Part shown: positions 1 through 8,586 of the stretch, piece by piece
Layout of the letters: every line of letters begins with the position of its first letter
How positions within the stretch are numbered: position 1 is the first letter of the stretch
Source of the DNA: Promethearchaeota archaeon
GTDB lineage: Archaea > Asgardarchaeota > Odinarchaeia > Odinarchaeales > JBHLKK01
DNA length: 19,061 nt
Direction of reading: 5' to 3'
Assembly: GCA_048939465.1 (NCBI GenBank)
Contig: JBHLPL010000029.1
Coordinates: forward strand, 1-19,061
The notes under the pieces: model-generated
Databases searched by the model: none
What the model saw: the letters and a program-made list of their open reading frames with translations, nothing else
Told to the model about the DNA's origin: nothing
Program-made: the position numbers and the translations under genes

Positions 1-51
1 AAATAGCAATACAGTAAATACCATACCTACAGCCAGATTGCCCTTTTTTAT
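1..51 (-). CDS. Possible 5' end of a gene running off the left edge (signal-peptide-like IKKGNLAVGMVFTVLLF...)
   Basis: A GAGGGG RBS-like motif lies 6 nt upstream of an ATA codon at 51. The frame is open to base 1 and reads basic then hydrophobic. There is no in-frame ATG upstream before the stop at 97-99; an internal ATG is at 24. Confidence 0.25.
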   Translation of the reverse strand, partial: MKKGNLAVGMVFTVLLF

Positions 52-283
52 GTGGCTCCCCTCTATAGAATTCTGGTGTGTAGTTGATAGTCCCGTCTAA
101 TATTTAAGAGTGAACCGCCTCATCCTTTCGGATCGGGCAGGAACACAAGTATCTTGATTCCGGCCATTCTCCTTTCTCGCCTCTTCCCAACCATTATAGA
201 GGTTCTGGAAAACTCTTATCAATGTTATTCTGAAGAATATGCCGACTCTACCAACATTCAAGAAGAATCCCAAAGACCATTGA

Positions 284-338
284 AATCCTATCTTATCGGT
301 ATTTTAAGTATCGAATCTCTCTAGAACATATGTTCTGA
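284..338 (+). repeat. Intergenic repeat copy 1 (tail B, palindromic)
   Basis: AATCCTATCTTATCGGTATTTT-AAGTATCGAAT-CTCTCTAGAACATATGTTCTGA. The palindrome AGAACATATGTTCT is at 323-336. Confidence 0.8.
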
Positions 339-392
339 CTTTAGGACCCCAAGGATTATGGATCTGGTCCAAACAGGAAAGCCTACCCTACC

Positions 393-707
393 TTAGACCC
401 AGCCTTCCTTTTTCAGTATGTTCATCGAGACTCTGTTGCTCGGCCCATCTCCTCTTGCAACGGAGACACCGACGTTCTCCCCAACAGCTTCCTTTATTTC
501 TGCGACATCTTTATGGGTGAATCCGGGGCAAAGAAGGATGGAATGTATGCCTTCCTCTTTCAGAAGTCTCTCTGATGCATTAATGGCTTCTGCTTGGCTT
601 TTTACAAGCCTTATGAATAGTCTGAACTTGGATGTTCCAACCTGCCACTTATGATTCTCAGGATCTGCATCCGGGGTGTGGGCGATGAAAGCTACCTTGA
701 ATACCAT
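393..707 (-). CDS. Small conserved hypothetical protein, DUF6506-like
   Basis: 104-aa ORF with an LLCPGF motif and C-terminal VARGDGPS. GAGGAG sits 9 nt upstream of the ATG at 707, so 707 is preferred over the TTG at 716. Family call is from memory. Confidence 0.7.
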   Translation of the reverse strand: MVFKVAFIAHTPDADPENHKWQVGTSKFRLFIRLVKSQAEAINASERLLKEEGIHSILLCPGFTHKDVAEIKEAVGENVGVSVARGDGPSNRVSMNILKKEGWV

Positions 708-790
708 ATTATTCAACTCCTCACGTGCTTTTTGGCTGCCATAGCCTTAATCTTACGGAATATTAAGGTCGCATCTGTTATAAGATTTCA

Positions 791-845
791 TGAAGAAGAT
801 TGAAGGTGTTTTGAAAATTGAATTCCTTCATAACATTTGCTCTAA
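791..845 (+). repeat. Intergenic repeat copy 2 (degenerate, tail B-like)
   Basis: GGTGTTTT-GAAAATTGAAT-TCCTTCATAACATTTGCTCTAA (805-845) has the same 41-nt spacing as copy 1. The left block has diverged. Confidence 0.55.
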
Positions 846-888
846 CAGAAGGGAATAGATCTAGAACATACTCTGATGTTATCACCTA

Positions 889-1836
889 CTAATAGTCAGA
901 AGCAGGAACAAAATCGCCCTGTTTTATCCTTCTTATTTCTTTCAGTTTCTCAACATACCTCTTAATAGACTCTATTTCAACAATTGAGCTCTTCTCTGCA
1001 GGAATCGAGAGTTGTTTAACCTCATAGCCTTTGTCCGCTATGTATTTTTTGGGAATCTCATATTCTATACCCAAATCTATGCACATCGATGGAGCCCAAA
1101 TCTTCGTCATTACTGCAGTTCCCATGTGGTGTATAAGACACTGAACTACTGAAACAGATAGCACCTTATCCAAGGGAATCTCCCAGTTCTCCTCTTTTTC
1201 CTCCTTCTTGTATCGGAACTTGAATTTTATCAACCTTTGAGATGTAACAAGTAGACCTCCATCTTCGGACGAGAAAATAATAGAGTAATGGACCCACTCA
1301 TCTGGACCAAGCAATTCCCTAGCCTCAACAGGTAGGGCCATTCTGAGTTTCTCTTGTTCAAGACAAAGTTCTACTCTTTGCTCATTAGGAACCCTGTAGT
1401 CACCTGAATCATCTTTTATTAGATACAGTCCGCAGTAATAGCATCGTAACTGCTCTTTTCCAGTAATAAAAGAACCACAGTAGGGACATCTATTGTGTTT
1501 TAAAAAATACGAGGCTTCTTCAACACCGAAATTCGCCTCAAAAGCCAACCTGATTCTCTCTTTTTCACGTTCCAGATACTCTGCTTCAAGTAAGGGCCCT
1601 TCTTTATCCCACCAAGCTTCGAATTCCTTCTCGTTCAGAGTGAGATAGACCTTCTTTCCCTTGATTTTGTCGATCATATTCCTGGGGAGTATGAATGATC
1701 CGCTTCGTCCAACATAATGGGAGGAAACCGTGGCAAGAATTTCATTTCCTAAAATCTCTCTGACCACACCTAGCTTCTTGTTATCAGAACTTCGGACTTC
1801 TGAATATTTCTCTGTTAACTTGGATATCTCATCCAT
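889..1836 (-). CDS. Hypothetical protein with a central zinc ribbon and a C-terminal bacterial PH-like domain
   Basis: CPYCG...CYYCG double CxxC, and GLLVTSQRLIKF...WEIPLDKVLSVSV, which resembles bPH domains. GGAGGGGG RBS precedes the ATG at 1836 (the ORF track starts at 1875). Confidence 0.75.
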   Translation of the reverse strand: MDEISKLTEKYSEVRSSDNKKLGVVREILGNEILATVSSHYVGRSGSFILPRNMIDKIKGKKVYLTLNEKEFEAWWDKEGPLLEAEYLEREKERIRLAFEANFGVEEASYFLKHNRCPYCGSFITGKEQLRCYYCGLYLIKDDSGDYRVPNEQRVELCLEQEKLRMALPVEARELLGPDEWVHYSIIFSSEDGGLLVTSQRLIKFKFRYKKEEKEENWEIPLDKVLSVSVVQCLIHHMGTAVMTKIWAPSMCIDLGIEYEIPKKYIADKGYEVKQLSIPAEKSSIVEIESIKRYVEKLKEIRRIKQGDFVPASDY

Positions 1837-1933
1837 CAAAATCCCCCTCCAGTAACTCCGTAAAGATAGTGACAAAACGATTTAATATAATTTGCCTTGC
1901 CAGAATCAGAAACGGCAATAGCCATACGATCAC

Positions 1934-1967
1934 AGATTCTCGTTTTTTTCGTTTTAATAATCTGAAT
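1934..1967 (+). repeat. Intergenic repeat copy 3 (partial/degenerate)
   Basis: GTTTT-AATAATCTGAAT (1951-1967) preceded by a T-rich block; no tail. It lies between divergent genes. Confidence 0.4.
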
Positions 1968-1975
1968 CATTTATA

Positions 1976-2425
1976 ATGCAGTGCAAGAATATTCAATTGA
2001 GTGGACAAGAAAGATTGTCCCTTAAGGCGATCAGAGTGTCTCCAAAATGCTCGTGGTGTGGAAAAAAGGGAGAGAATGTTATCCACGAAAAGTTGAGTTT
2101 CAGAGGGGCGGCTGAGGAAGCGTTTTTCTGTAATCTGGATCACTTAGAAAAAACACGAGAGTTCCTAAAATACGCCGAGTCTCATTTCTGGCATTTTATA
2201 ATGAGCATAATAGTACTTCCCGTTATTGGTATGTTAATTACATTTACGATCCTGGAAAATGTAGGTCTGCTAATTATCTTTGGAGGATTGGGTCTGACAA
2301 TCATAGTATTCCCATTTGCAACCCCCCAAACAAACAGTCTATTAGGATTCAAGAACGCAATTCGACTCATTAGAATAATCGGAGTGGCTTTAGCAGGTGC
2401 AGGGATAATTCTGCTTTTACTATGA
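1976..2425 (+). CDS. Membrane protein with an N-terminal TRASH/YHS-like metal-binding motif
   Basis: CSWCG...FFCNLDH followed by about 3 hydrophobic helices and FPFATPQT. The true start may be downstream. Confidence 0.7.
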   Translation: MQCKNIQLSGQERLSLKAIRVSPKCSWCGKKGENVIHEKLSFRGAAEEAFFCNLDHLEKTREFLKYAESHFWHFIMSIIVLPVIGMLITFTILENVGLLIIFGGLGLTIIVFPFATPQTNSLLGFKNAIRLIRIIGVALAGAGIILLLL

Positions 2426-2426
2426 C

Positions 2427-2472
2427 AATCTTTTTCGCGGCTTTTTTAGTGATGGCATGAAAACTGATTTGA
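2427..2472 (+). repeat. Intergenic repeat copy 4 (tail A)
   Basis: AATCTTTTTCGCGGCTTTTTT-AGTGATGGCAT-GAAAACTGATTTGA; begins 1 nt after the TGA at 2425. Confidence 0.65.
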
Positions 2473-2532
2473 TGTGGTTTTCCAGTAATCCTTATATCTC
2501 TGAAAAGGCTAATTCTTCCTCCGGGGAGAAAT

Positions 2533-3036
2533 ATGGCAGGATTTCGTTTTCATTATGCAGAGTTGCTCCTGTTATCCAGCACGATTATCGGAGTCCTCAT
2601 CCCCTTTTTCGGTCCTTTGACTGTATGTCTCCGTCTGGCTATATGGGATAGTTGGACTGTAATATCTGTTATGACACCTCTGACCATAATGAATATTCTT
2701 ATAGGGATTTCATGGCCCCCTCTCATTGCTGTAAGCATTACTAGGTTCCCCGAGGGACATTCAGAGCCAACCGCCCGACTAGGTCTGAGAAGACTGATAT
2801 ATTTTATTCTTCTGGTGGCCGCAATAATCCTCTTCTGGCCAGTACTTATCCGTGCATTACCAAACCTACCGGTTGGTACCAGATACATATATATACCTGA
2901 ATTCGAAGGGGGACTGATAAGGCCTTCGGCAGGAGTAAGCATAAGCTTGATCTATTTCTTCTATATCCTGATCGCTAACATCTCAGTCTGGAGTTTTGGA
3001 CATTTCAAAAGACTAAGAATAGCAAATCCTCCATAA
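2533..3036 (+). CDS. Hypothetical membrane protein (about 4 TM)
   Basis: 167-aa ORF, GGGGAG RBS, four hydrophobic segments. Confidence 0.75.
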   Translation: MAGFRFHYAELLLLSSTIIGVLIPFFGPLTVCLRLAIWDSWTVISVMTPLTIMNILIGISWPPLIAVSITRFPEGHSEPTARLGLRRLIYFILLVAAIILFWPVLIRALPNLPVGTRYIYIPEFEGGLIRPSAGVSISLIYFFYILIANISVWSFGHFKRLRIANPP

Positions 3037-3042
3037 AGAGAA

Positions 3043-3106
3043 AACCCTGTTTTGCGGGTGTTCTAATAACAGGATTTATTCCTGAACCTTTTGGAACACA
3101 TGTTAC
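3043..3106 (+). repeat. Intergenic repeat copy 5 (tail B-like)
   Basis: AACCCTGTTTTGCGGGTGTTCT-AATAACAGGAT-TTATTCCTGAAC..., followed by GAACACATGTTA at 3094-3105. Confidence 0.75.
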
Positions 3107-3241
3107 ATATGGCTAAACTCTTCTTTCGAGTGTTCCTTTTGGAACGGAAGACTTAAGTGTCTCACAGATTGGAGTACTTTATGAAGGAGTGATTCCTGCA
3201 CCAAGGCATATGTGCCAAATGACGGGGAGGGATATGGAAGG

Positions 3242-4036
3242 ATGGGGGAGAGTGAATTTACGGAAGGTGCTGTTAGTCAATTACTTTTCGTGATCGGTGC
3301 TGCTCTGACGATTATTGTCTCCCTCGTCGTACCTATTATTGCCCCAATTACTGGTCTTTATGAGACTTACATTGCTATTACATCAATCTTTGCATTGCGT
3401 CCAATAGATATTGACTGGCACTCTCCCTTAAGAGATCTTGATGGTCGACCATACTGGGCCAGCAAAATCCTTTTGCCATCAATTGTTGGAATTATCAATT
3501 CTGGGATTCTTCTTGTTTCGATCGTACTGTTAGTCAGGTCTGTCACTGGAGTGACTAAAAGATTCAATCCGAGCGATACGGGCAGGGCCACTACCAAATC
3601 CCTAATCGCTGTGGCCACTTTTGCAACAGTAATGGGCATGGTTTCTTCAGTGTTATTTCCCTCACTGATAATATATTCCTTCCGAGAGCATACAGGAGGA
3701 ATAATACCTGAAATGCCGCCTTTTAGTTACGATCTTAACATCATGGGCTGGGCTCTACTTATTCTTGAAGTGTTTTCCGGGGGACTAATGATACTGTTGG
3801 TCGGAATCCTATTTCTAGCGTATCGGAATTGCCTCGAGACCAACAGGCTCTGGTATGAAACCGGAATAATCTACATTCTAGCAGGGTTTTTCTTAATAGC
3901 TGGAACATTCTGTTTCTCTATGTTATTATCGCCCATCGGTTTGGTATTGACGATTATAGCCGGAATTGCTGGGACAGCGGGCTTTGCCATAACCAAAACC
4001 TCGACGGAGAAAGAATTAGAAGGCCTACAGATGTGA
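3242..4036 (+). CDS. Multi-pass membrane protein, DUF996/DUF973-like, paralog 1
   Basis: 5-6 TM segments; LVGILFLAYRN...LWYETGIIYILAG. The ATG at 3242 follows G-rich RBS-like sequence (the ORF track uses GTG 3212). Confidence 0.75.
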   Translation: MGESEFTEGAVSQLLFVIGAALTIIVSLVVPIIAPITGLYETYIAITSIFALRPIDIDWHSPLRDLDGRPYWASKILLPSIVGIINSGILLVSIVLLVRSVTGVTKRFNPSDTGRATTKSLIAVATFATVMGMVSSVLFPSLIIYSFREHTGGIIPEMPPFSYDLNIMGWALLILEVFSGGLMILLVGILFLAYRNCLETNRLWYETGIIYILAGFFLIAGTFCFSMLLSPIGLVLTIIAGIAGTAGFAITKTSTEKELEGLQM

Positions 4037-4058
4037 GAAAGATATCATAAGTAGCCAA

Positions 4059-4113
4059 GATCTTGTCTCTGTGCTATCTTAATGATTGGATTTCTCTCAG
4101 AACAAATGTTCCA
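4059..4113 (+). repeat. Intergenic repeat copy 6 (tail B)
   Basis: GATCTTGTCTCTGTGCTATCTT-AATGATTGGAT-TTCTCTCAGAACAAATGTTCCA; GAAC-N4-GTTC at 4100-4111. Confidence 0.75.
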
Positions 4114-4205
4114 GTATAGGAGGCATTTCGGTCCGATTTACCTTGGAAACATAGATTTAAATCGTTCAAAGTGATATTTATACACGATATTAAGGGGGAA
4201 GAACT

Positions 4206-5258
4206 ATGGATGGGGGACAACGTCTAGTCGGGCTACTAGGTCAAGTTCTCATTATAATCAGTGCTATCGTGACGATCATTTTTTCACTCGTAATGTTCTT
4301 TCCTATTCCACCCGATTCCCCCCTGCTATTCTCCATTATTCAAACACCGCCCTTTGGTCTCCCCATAATAGATTTTTACTACTATTATACCCCTTATTGG
4401 GACGTAGTAAGGGGCTGCAGTTTTAGGTATCCTGAAGAAGACTGGTTCAACTTGACTTCCGGATCTTCCTTCATCGGAATTCTTAATTCTTCGATCTTTT
4501 TCATTTCTATAATACTTGTGATAATCTCTGTTTACAGAACAGCCCAGGGATCAGGTGGGAATTCTGGAACCACAGTCAAAGCCAGAAATCTATTCATAGC
4601 TACTTTAACTTTTGCTTTATTCGCTTATTTCTTAAGTATCCTATCTCACGTGTTCTCGATGGGTATGGTTACTTATTCTTACGAACGTGTAGGATTCCTT
4701 GCAGGATTTCCAAAAGCATCATCGATCACCCATATTTACCTAAACAGTTTTGGCTGGATTCTCCTAATCTTACAGAACACTTTTGGAGTGATGATGATGG
4801 TTCTAGTTGGCGTATTCTTCAAAGCAATAGCCTCCGAAATACAAAAAAGCAGTCAACAAACCAGAAGGCTTTGGTCTGTTATAGGAAAAACATACGTAAT
4901 GTTAGGTGGAACAATAGCCTTCACTATTTTTATAACCCTTGCACAGGCAAACATGACATTCTTGGTGCCAATAATGCTAATTGTCTCAGGAGTTGTAGGA
5001 GCAACCGGCTTCATCAAATTCAAACCCACAATGTTCCCAATAATGACAGGCACGAGCGGATCTATGAGGAATACACCGGGATCGGTTATTGAAGCAGTCT
5101 ACGACACGGAGGCTTCATCAAAAGAAATTGAACTAGAAGTGCTTAAGAATGAAGGATACAAATTTGTGATAATCTCCGAAATCAAGTGTGTGAACTGCAG
5201 TTACGAGAATCCGATTGATGCTGAATTCTGCGTAAGATGCGGTCAGCGCTTGAAATAG
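4206..5258 (+). CDS. Multi-pass membrane protein, DUF996-like paralog 2, with a C-terminal double zinc ribbon
   Basis: AAGGGGG RBS; about 6 TM segments; LVGVFFKA...LWSVIGKTYVMLG; ends in CVNCSYENPIDAEFCVRCG. Confidence 0.8.
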   Translation: MDGGQRLVGLLGQVLIIISAIVTIIFSLVMFFPIPPDSPLLFSIIQTPPFGLPIIDFYYYYTPYWDVVRGCSFRYPEEDWFNLTSGSSFIGILNSSIFFISIILVIISVYRTAQGSGGNSGTTVKARNLFIATLTFALFAYFLSILSHVFSMGMVTYSYERVGFLAGFPKASSITHIYLNSFGWILLILQNTFGVMMMVLVGVFFKAIASEIQKSSQQTRRLWSVIGKTYVMLGGTIAFTIFITLAQANMTFLVPIMLIVSGVVGATGFIKFKPTMFPIMTGTSGSMRNTPGSVIEAVYDTEASSKEIELEVLKNEGYKFVIISEIKCVNCSYENPIDAEFCVRCGQRLK

Positions 5259-5275
5259 AATATAAGCTCTTATGA

Positions 5276-5326
5276 CATCTTATTTTGCTAGTGTTTTAAT
5301 AATCGGATGAAAATTAATCCAGAAGC
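5276..5326 (+). repeat. Intergenic repeat copy 7 (tail A)
   Basis: CATCTTATTTTGCTAGTGTTTT-AATAATCGGAT-GAAAATTAATCCAGAAGC. Confidence 0.85.
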
Positions 5327-5455
5327 TTTTCCCCTTGCTGCTATTAAGATAACTACTTAAATGAATCAGAATGATATTGCTCTTAGTTTGGCACGACGGG
5401 AGCAGCAAGAGCAAGATAAAGCCAAGAAACCCATTTCTAGTATTTTAGAAAACCC

Positions 5456-5932
5456 ATGCTTGGGAGAGTGAGGCGTTTGGTAACAGTCAGAAAAGCAAGA
5501 GTAGAGGATTTGGATGCCATAAACGAGCTGACCGACATAATGCACAGACATATGGCAAATCCCTACAGGTTAGAGTTGTCAAAGGAGGAGCTTGAAGAAG
5601 AACACTTCGGTGAAGGAGAGCTGGAGAATACATACGTCGCAGAGAGCGCAGGAAACGTTTTCGGATATATTTCGTTCTCTAAGGGAAAGAATGAGTGGGC
5701 GGGTCCCTACTATGAAATTGAGCATATTGTGGTCGCCGAAAAACACAGGAGGCAGCGTATCGGAAAAGGACTCTTCAACATCGTTCTTGAGAAAGCCAAA
5801 AGAGAGAAGGTAAACATCACAGCGGGGACGCTTGCGAAAAATCAGGGGGCGCTAAGATTCTATGAAGAACTCGGCTTCAAACCTCTGTCCATAGGCCTTC
5901 TGCTCGACATTCAGAAAAGGATACCAGAGTAG
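5456..5932 (+). CDS. GNAT family N-acetyltransferase
   Basis: Motif A IVVAEKHRRQRIGKGL and motif B NQGALRFYEELGF. The start may be the TTG at 5477. Confidence 0.9.
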   Translation: MLGRVRRLVTVRKARVEDLDAINELTDIMHRHMANPYRLELSKEELEEEHFGEGELENTYVAESAGNVFGYISFSKGKNEWAGPYYEIEHIVVAEKHRRQRIGKGLFNIVLEKAKREKVNITAGTLAKNQGALRFYEELGFKPLSIGLLLDIQKRIPE

Positions 5933-5973
5933 GGTGTGGAGTTTCACAGGTCCATATAATAATGAGCTGCCGA

Positions 5974-6024
5974 AATCTCTTTTTTGCTGGTGTTTTAGTA
6001 ATTGGATGAAAGCTATTTCAAGAC
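5974..6024 (+). repeat. Intergenic repeat copy 8 (tail A)
   Basis: AATCTCTTTTTTGCTGGTGTTTT-AGTAATTGGAT-GAAAGCTATTTCAAGAC; between convergent genes. Confidence 0.85.
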
Positions 6025-6080
6025 ATCATTTTCATTAACAGATGTTTTCAGGATCCCAGATGAAGAGAGACAATCGAATC

Positions 6081-6476
6081 TCAGTATCGAGCCACATCAT
6101 CTGTTACATCCAAGTCTCGACCGCACCTTATGCAAAAATCAGCATCCGCAGGGTTCTTGTAACCGCAATCAGGACATGAAAGCACAGCTGTTTCTGATCC
6201 AACATCTTCGGGTGTTGTTTCTTCACGATGGGTTGGGCTGGTGATGGAGTCAACCATAGGTTCAATTGCTTGCGTTCCTCTTGATGAAGACCAATAAATA
6301 CCGAAGACTGCCAAACCTGCAAGGACGAATAATATTAAGAACATGGAGACAATTAGGAAAATCCCCCCACGTAATCGCCCAATTCCCCCAAGTGCAAAAA
6401 ATGCCAATAGGAAGAGCACAAGTATGGCACAAATGGCACTGCTGCTCCTTTTATCGCGTGTACTCAGACTCCCCAT
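6081..6476 (-). CDS. Membrane protein (2 TM) with a C-terminal double zinc ribbon
   Basis: Two hydrophobic helices, an acidic linker and CPDCGYKNPADADFCIRCG. Confidence 0.85.
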   Translation of the reverse strand: MGSLSTRDKRSSSAICAILVLFLLAFFALGGIGRLRGGIFLIVSMFLILFVLAGLAVFGIYWSSSRGTQAIEPMVDSITSPTHREETTPEDVGSETAVLSCPDCGYKNPADADFCIRCGRDLDVTDDVARY

Positions 6477-6521
6477 CCCTCCATCAACTAACTACAGAAT
6501 TAGCACTAAAAAATCTTTGCA

Positions 6522-6554
6522 AATCTTGTTTTGCTGGTATTTTGATAATCGGAT
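6522..6554 (+). repeat. Intergenic repeat copy 9 (core only, no tail)
   Basis: AATCTTGTTTTGCTGGTATTTT-GATAATCGGAT. The last base is shared with the stop codon of the 6554-7060 gene. Confidence 0.85.
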
Positions 6555-7060
6555 TAGTCAATTACCACGAATGGTATCGGCTGCACTACCAAAGTGTATC
6601 CCTCTCCAAATAACCCGAAGGATGAACTACCGGTTACTGTATATGTGCCCGGCGTGCTTGGAGTCCAATTCAAGGTTTGCTGTGTTGACTGATAGGGACC
6701 GAGTGTGATATTAGACACATACATAAGATAACACGGATGATCCTGAGACCATTTGTAGATGATTGTGCCGTGGGCGTTTCTGATCAAAAAGTCAAAGAGA
6801 TCACTACATGGAAACCACAACTCAATTGCCCTTTCGGCAGTGTTTGTTAGAATGAAGGTTACACCCATAACCTCTCCTGCCGTATGCTGATTCGCAGCGA
6901 TCTCAACCCTTAAGCTTACAGGAGGGGCAAAAGTGGGTTCGGACCGAAGGTGTCGCCAAAGTATGTAGGCCACTGGGGGGGTGGCTACAATCACGATTAT
7001 TAGAGCCGCAATTCCTATCATTGTTCCCTTTTCCATTCCTATGGCCCTTCTGGAAGTCAT
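6554..7060 (-). CDS. Membrane-anchored BsuPI-like (intracellular proteinase inhibitor/Ig-like) domain protein
   Basis: N-terminal TM helix, then FDFLIRNAHGTIIYKWS...LGPYQS...LNW...PGTYTV, typical of BsuPI-like domains. The start may be the ATG at 7036. Confidence 0.7.
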   Translation of the reverse strand: MTSRRAIGMEKGTMIGIAALIIVIVATPPVAYILWRHLRSEPTFAPPVSLRVEIAANQHTAGEVMGVTFILTNTAERAIELWFPCSDLFDFLIRNAHGTIIYKWSQDHPCYLMYVSNITLGPYQSTQQTLNWTPSTPGTYTVTGSSSFGLFGEGYTLVVQPIPFVVID

Positions 7061-7149
7061 TTAAGTTAGGAGGCAATTCTGACAGAATTGATTTTTTTCT
7101 CCCTCTTCCCTCATATCATAGTTGATTTGATTCTATAAGAAGATTCAGA

Positions 7150-7189
7150 AATCTTGTCTTGTGGTGTTTCAACAATCGAATGAAAACTA
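7150..7189 (+). repeat. Intergenic repeat copy 10 (tail A, truncated)
   Basis: AATCTTGTCTTGTGGTGTTTC-AACAATCGAAT-GAAAACTA. The terminal CTA is the TAG stop of the 7187-7636 gene. Confidence 0.8.
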
Positions 7190-7636
7190 CAGGCCTTGCT
7201 CGATGCTGCGACCGCATCCTACGCAGAATCGTGCGTCACGCGGATTTACACAACCACAGTAAGAACACACGAGTTTAAAGGTAGAGACCGGTACGAATCG
7301 TCTTGCTCTTTTTCTACGTAGTAGTTTCCCTAAAGACTCCTTAACAGATTTTAGACGTCTATCAGAGTACGCCTTGACAGCCATTGATTCAGGAATTCTC
7401 TTCCGAAATTCTCTTATCTTCTTGACACAAAATCTTAATGCCAGGAATACTCCAGGAATCTCTGATCTCTTCTTTCCAGACCGCTTAATATATATAATTA
7501 GAAAATTCGCCATAGACACATAATTCCTGAGGCTTTCACGGGCAGCCCCTGCCTCCCATTCATAACCTAGCCCATCAAGGTATTTGGGTGTTTTGCGCCT
7601 TTTCAGTTCCATAATCCTTACCGTCTGGTTCTCCAT
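7187..7636 (-). CDS. Basic hypothetical protein with a C-terminal double zinc ribbon
   Basis: 149-aa Lys/Arg-rich ORF ending in CSYCGCVNPRDARFCVGCG. Confidence 0.75.
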   Translation of the reverse strand: MENQTVRIMELKRRKTPKYLDGLGYEWEAGAARESLRNYVSMANFLIIYIKRSGKKRSEIPGVFLALRFCVKKIREFRKRIPESMAVKAYSDRRLKSVKESLGKLLRRKRARRFVPVSTFKLVCSYCGCVNPRDARFCVGCGRSIEQGL

Positions 7637-7800
7637 CTTTTTGAATCATATTCCGCAGTAATCCATCCTGAGATGGTACTTCACTGCGTAACGATGCAAA
7701 CATATTGCAAACACAATTGCGAGAATATCTGTGGCAAAAGCTATTAATGTCTTTCCTCTTTGAAAAGGCTTTCCTAAACCTGAGGCTATAAGATCTTAAA

Positions 7801-7856
7801 GATCCTATTTTGATGGTGTTGTAATAATTGGATGAGGAACGTGTTTAGGAGCTTCT
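7801..7856 (+). repeat. Intergenic repeat copy 11 (tail A)
   Basis: GATCCTATTTTGATGGTGTTGT-AATAATTGGAT-GAGGAACGTGTTTAGGAGCTTCT. Confidence 0.8.
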
Positions 7857-7936
7857 CGTGCAGTAACCGAAGCTCACTATCGGCTACCGTAGATTTCATC
7901 TTTTGCTGCTCAGCCCTTCTAGCTTCACCAATCCAT

Positions 7937-8515
7937 TCAATCAAATTCCAACGGATCCCCGTATACCTCGGAATAGCAAAATTCTTGAAGACCTTTTCTT
8001 GGTCTGGGCAGAGGCTCTTCGTCAGGAATCCCTATCGCAACTAGAACGATAATGTCCATGTGTTCCGGTATCTTCAACGTCCTCTTAACCTCATCAACCC
8101 ACTCTCTTGGGCGCGACTCATAGTTGGCAATCCAGCAGGTTCCATAACCCAACGCAGACGCTGCCAACACTATATGTTCGGTAGCAATCATAGGATCCCG
8201 AGTAGCCCACGTCGCTCGGGCGCAGCACGAAACACCGGAATCGCCAAGCACCACAAAAATGGCGTTGGCGTCTTTGATGAAAGTCTGAGTGGAAGGTCTC
8301 GCAAGAAGATTTTTGGTCTTTCGATCAGTTACAACTATGAATCGCCATGGTTGATCGTTGTTAGCGGATGGCGCAAGTCGGGCAGCTTCAAGGATTTTCT
8401 TCAAGTCTTTCTTCGGAATGTCATACTCCTTGTATTTTCGGATGGATCTTCTCTTCTCAACTAGCTGAAAGAAATTTCTTGCAATATCCAGTTTTTTCTC
8501 AACCACTCTTACCAT
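7937..8515 (-). CDS. Nitroreductase family flavoprotein
   Basis: KRRSIRKY, ARLAPSANNDQPWRFIVV, LAASALGYGTCWI and IVLVAIGIP are hallmark FMN-dependent nitroreductase motifs. Confidence 0.95.
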   Translation of the reverse strand: MVRVVEKKLDIARNFFQLVEKRRSIRKYKEYDIPKKDLKKILEAARLAPSANNDQPWRFIVVTDRKTKNLLARPSTQTFIKDANAIFVVLGDSGVSCCARATWATRDPMIATEHIVLAASALGYGTCWIANYESRPREWVDEVKRTLKIPEHMDIIVLVAIGIPDEEPLPRPRKGLQEFCYSEVYGDPLEFD

Positions 8516-8552
8516 CTCTTATTTATTGGGCGTCCTATATATTGCAAGGAAA

Positions 8553-8578
8553 TATATAAATATATTGGATATCCAATA
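8553..8578 (+). promoter_or_regulatory. TATA-like box plus 16-bp perfect palindrome (putative PadR operator)
   Basis: TATATAAA at 8553-8560 and TATTGGATATCCAATA at 8563-8578, 8 nt before the PadR ATG, in the divergent nitroreductase/PadR gap. Confidence 0.6.
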
Positions 8579-8586
8579 ATTAGATT

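Noticed and set aside
323-336. Calling the AGAACATATGTTCT palindrome a true LexA/SOS box
   Set aside because: It matches the Firmicutes-type core, but the context looks archaeal, no lexA is seen, and it occurs only as part of the repeat. It is kept as a hypothesis only.
7646-7795. 49-codon open frame with a hydrophobic stretch, in frame with 7187-7636 but separated by TGA at 7646-7648
   Set aside because: It has no convincing start or RBS, and I saw no sign of recoding. It could be a remnant, but chance is not excluded.
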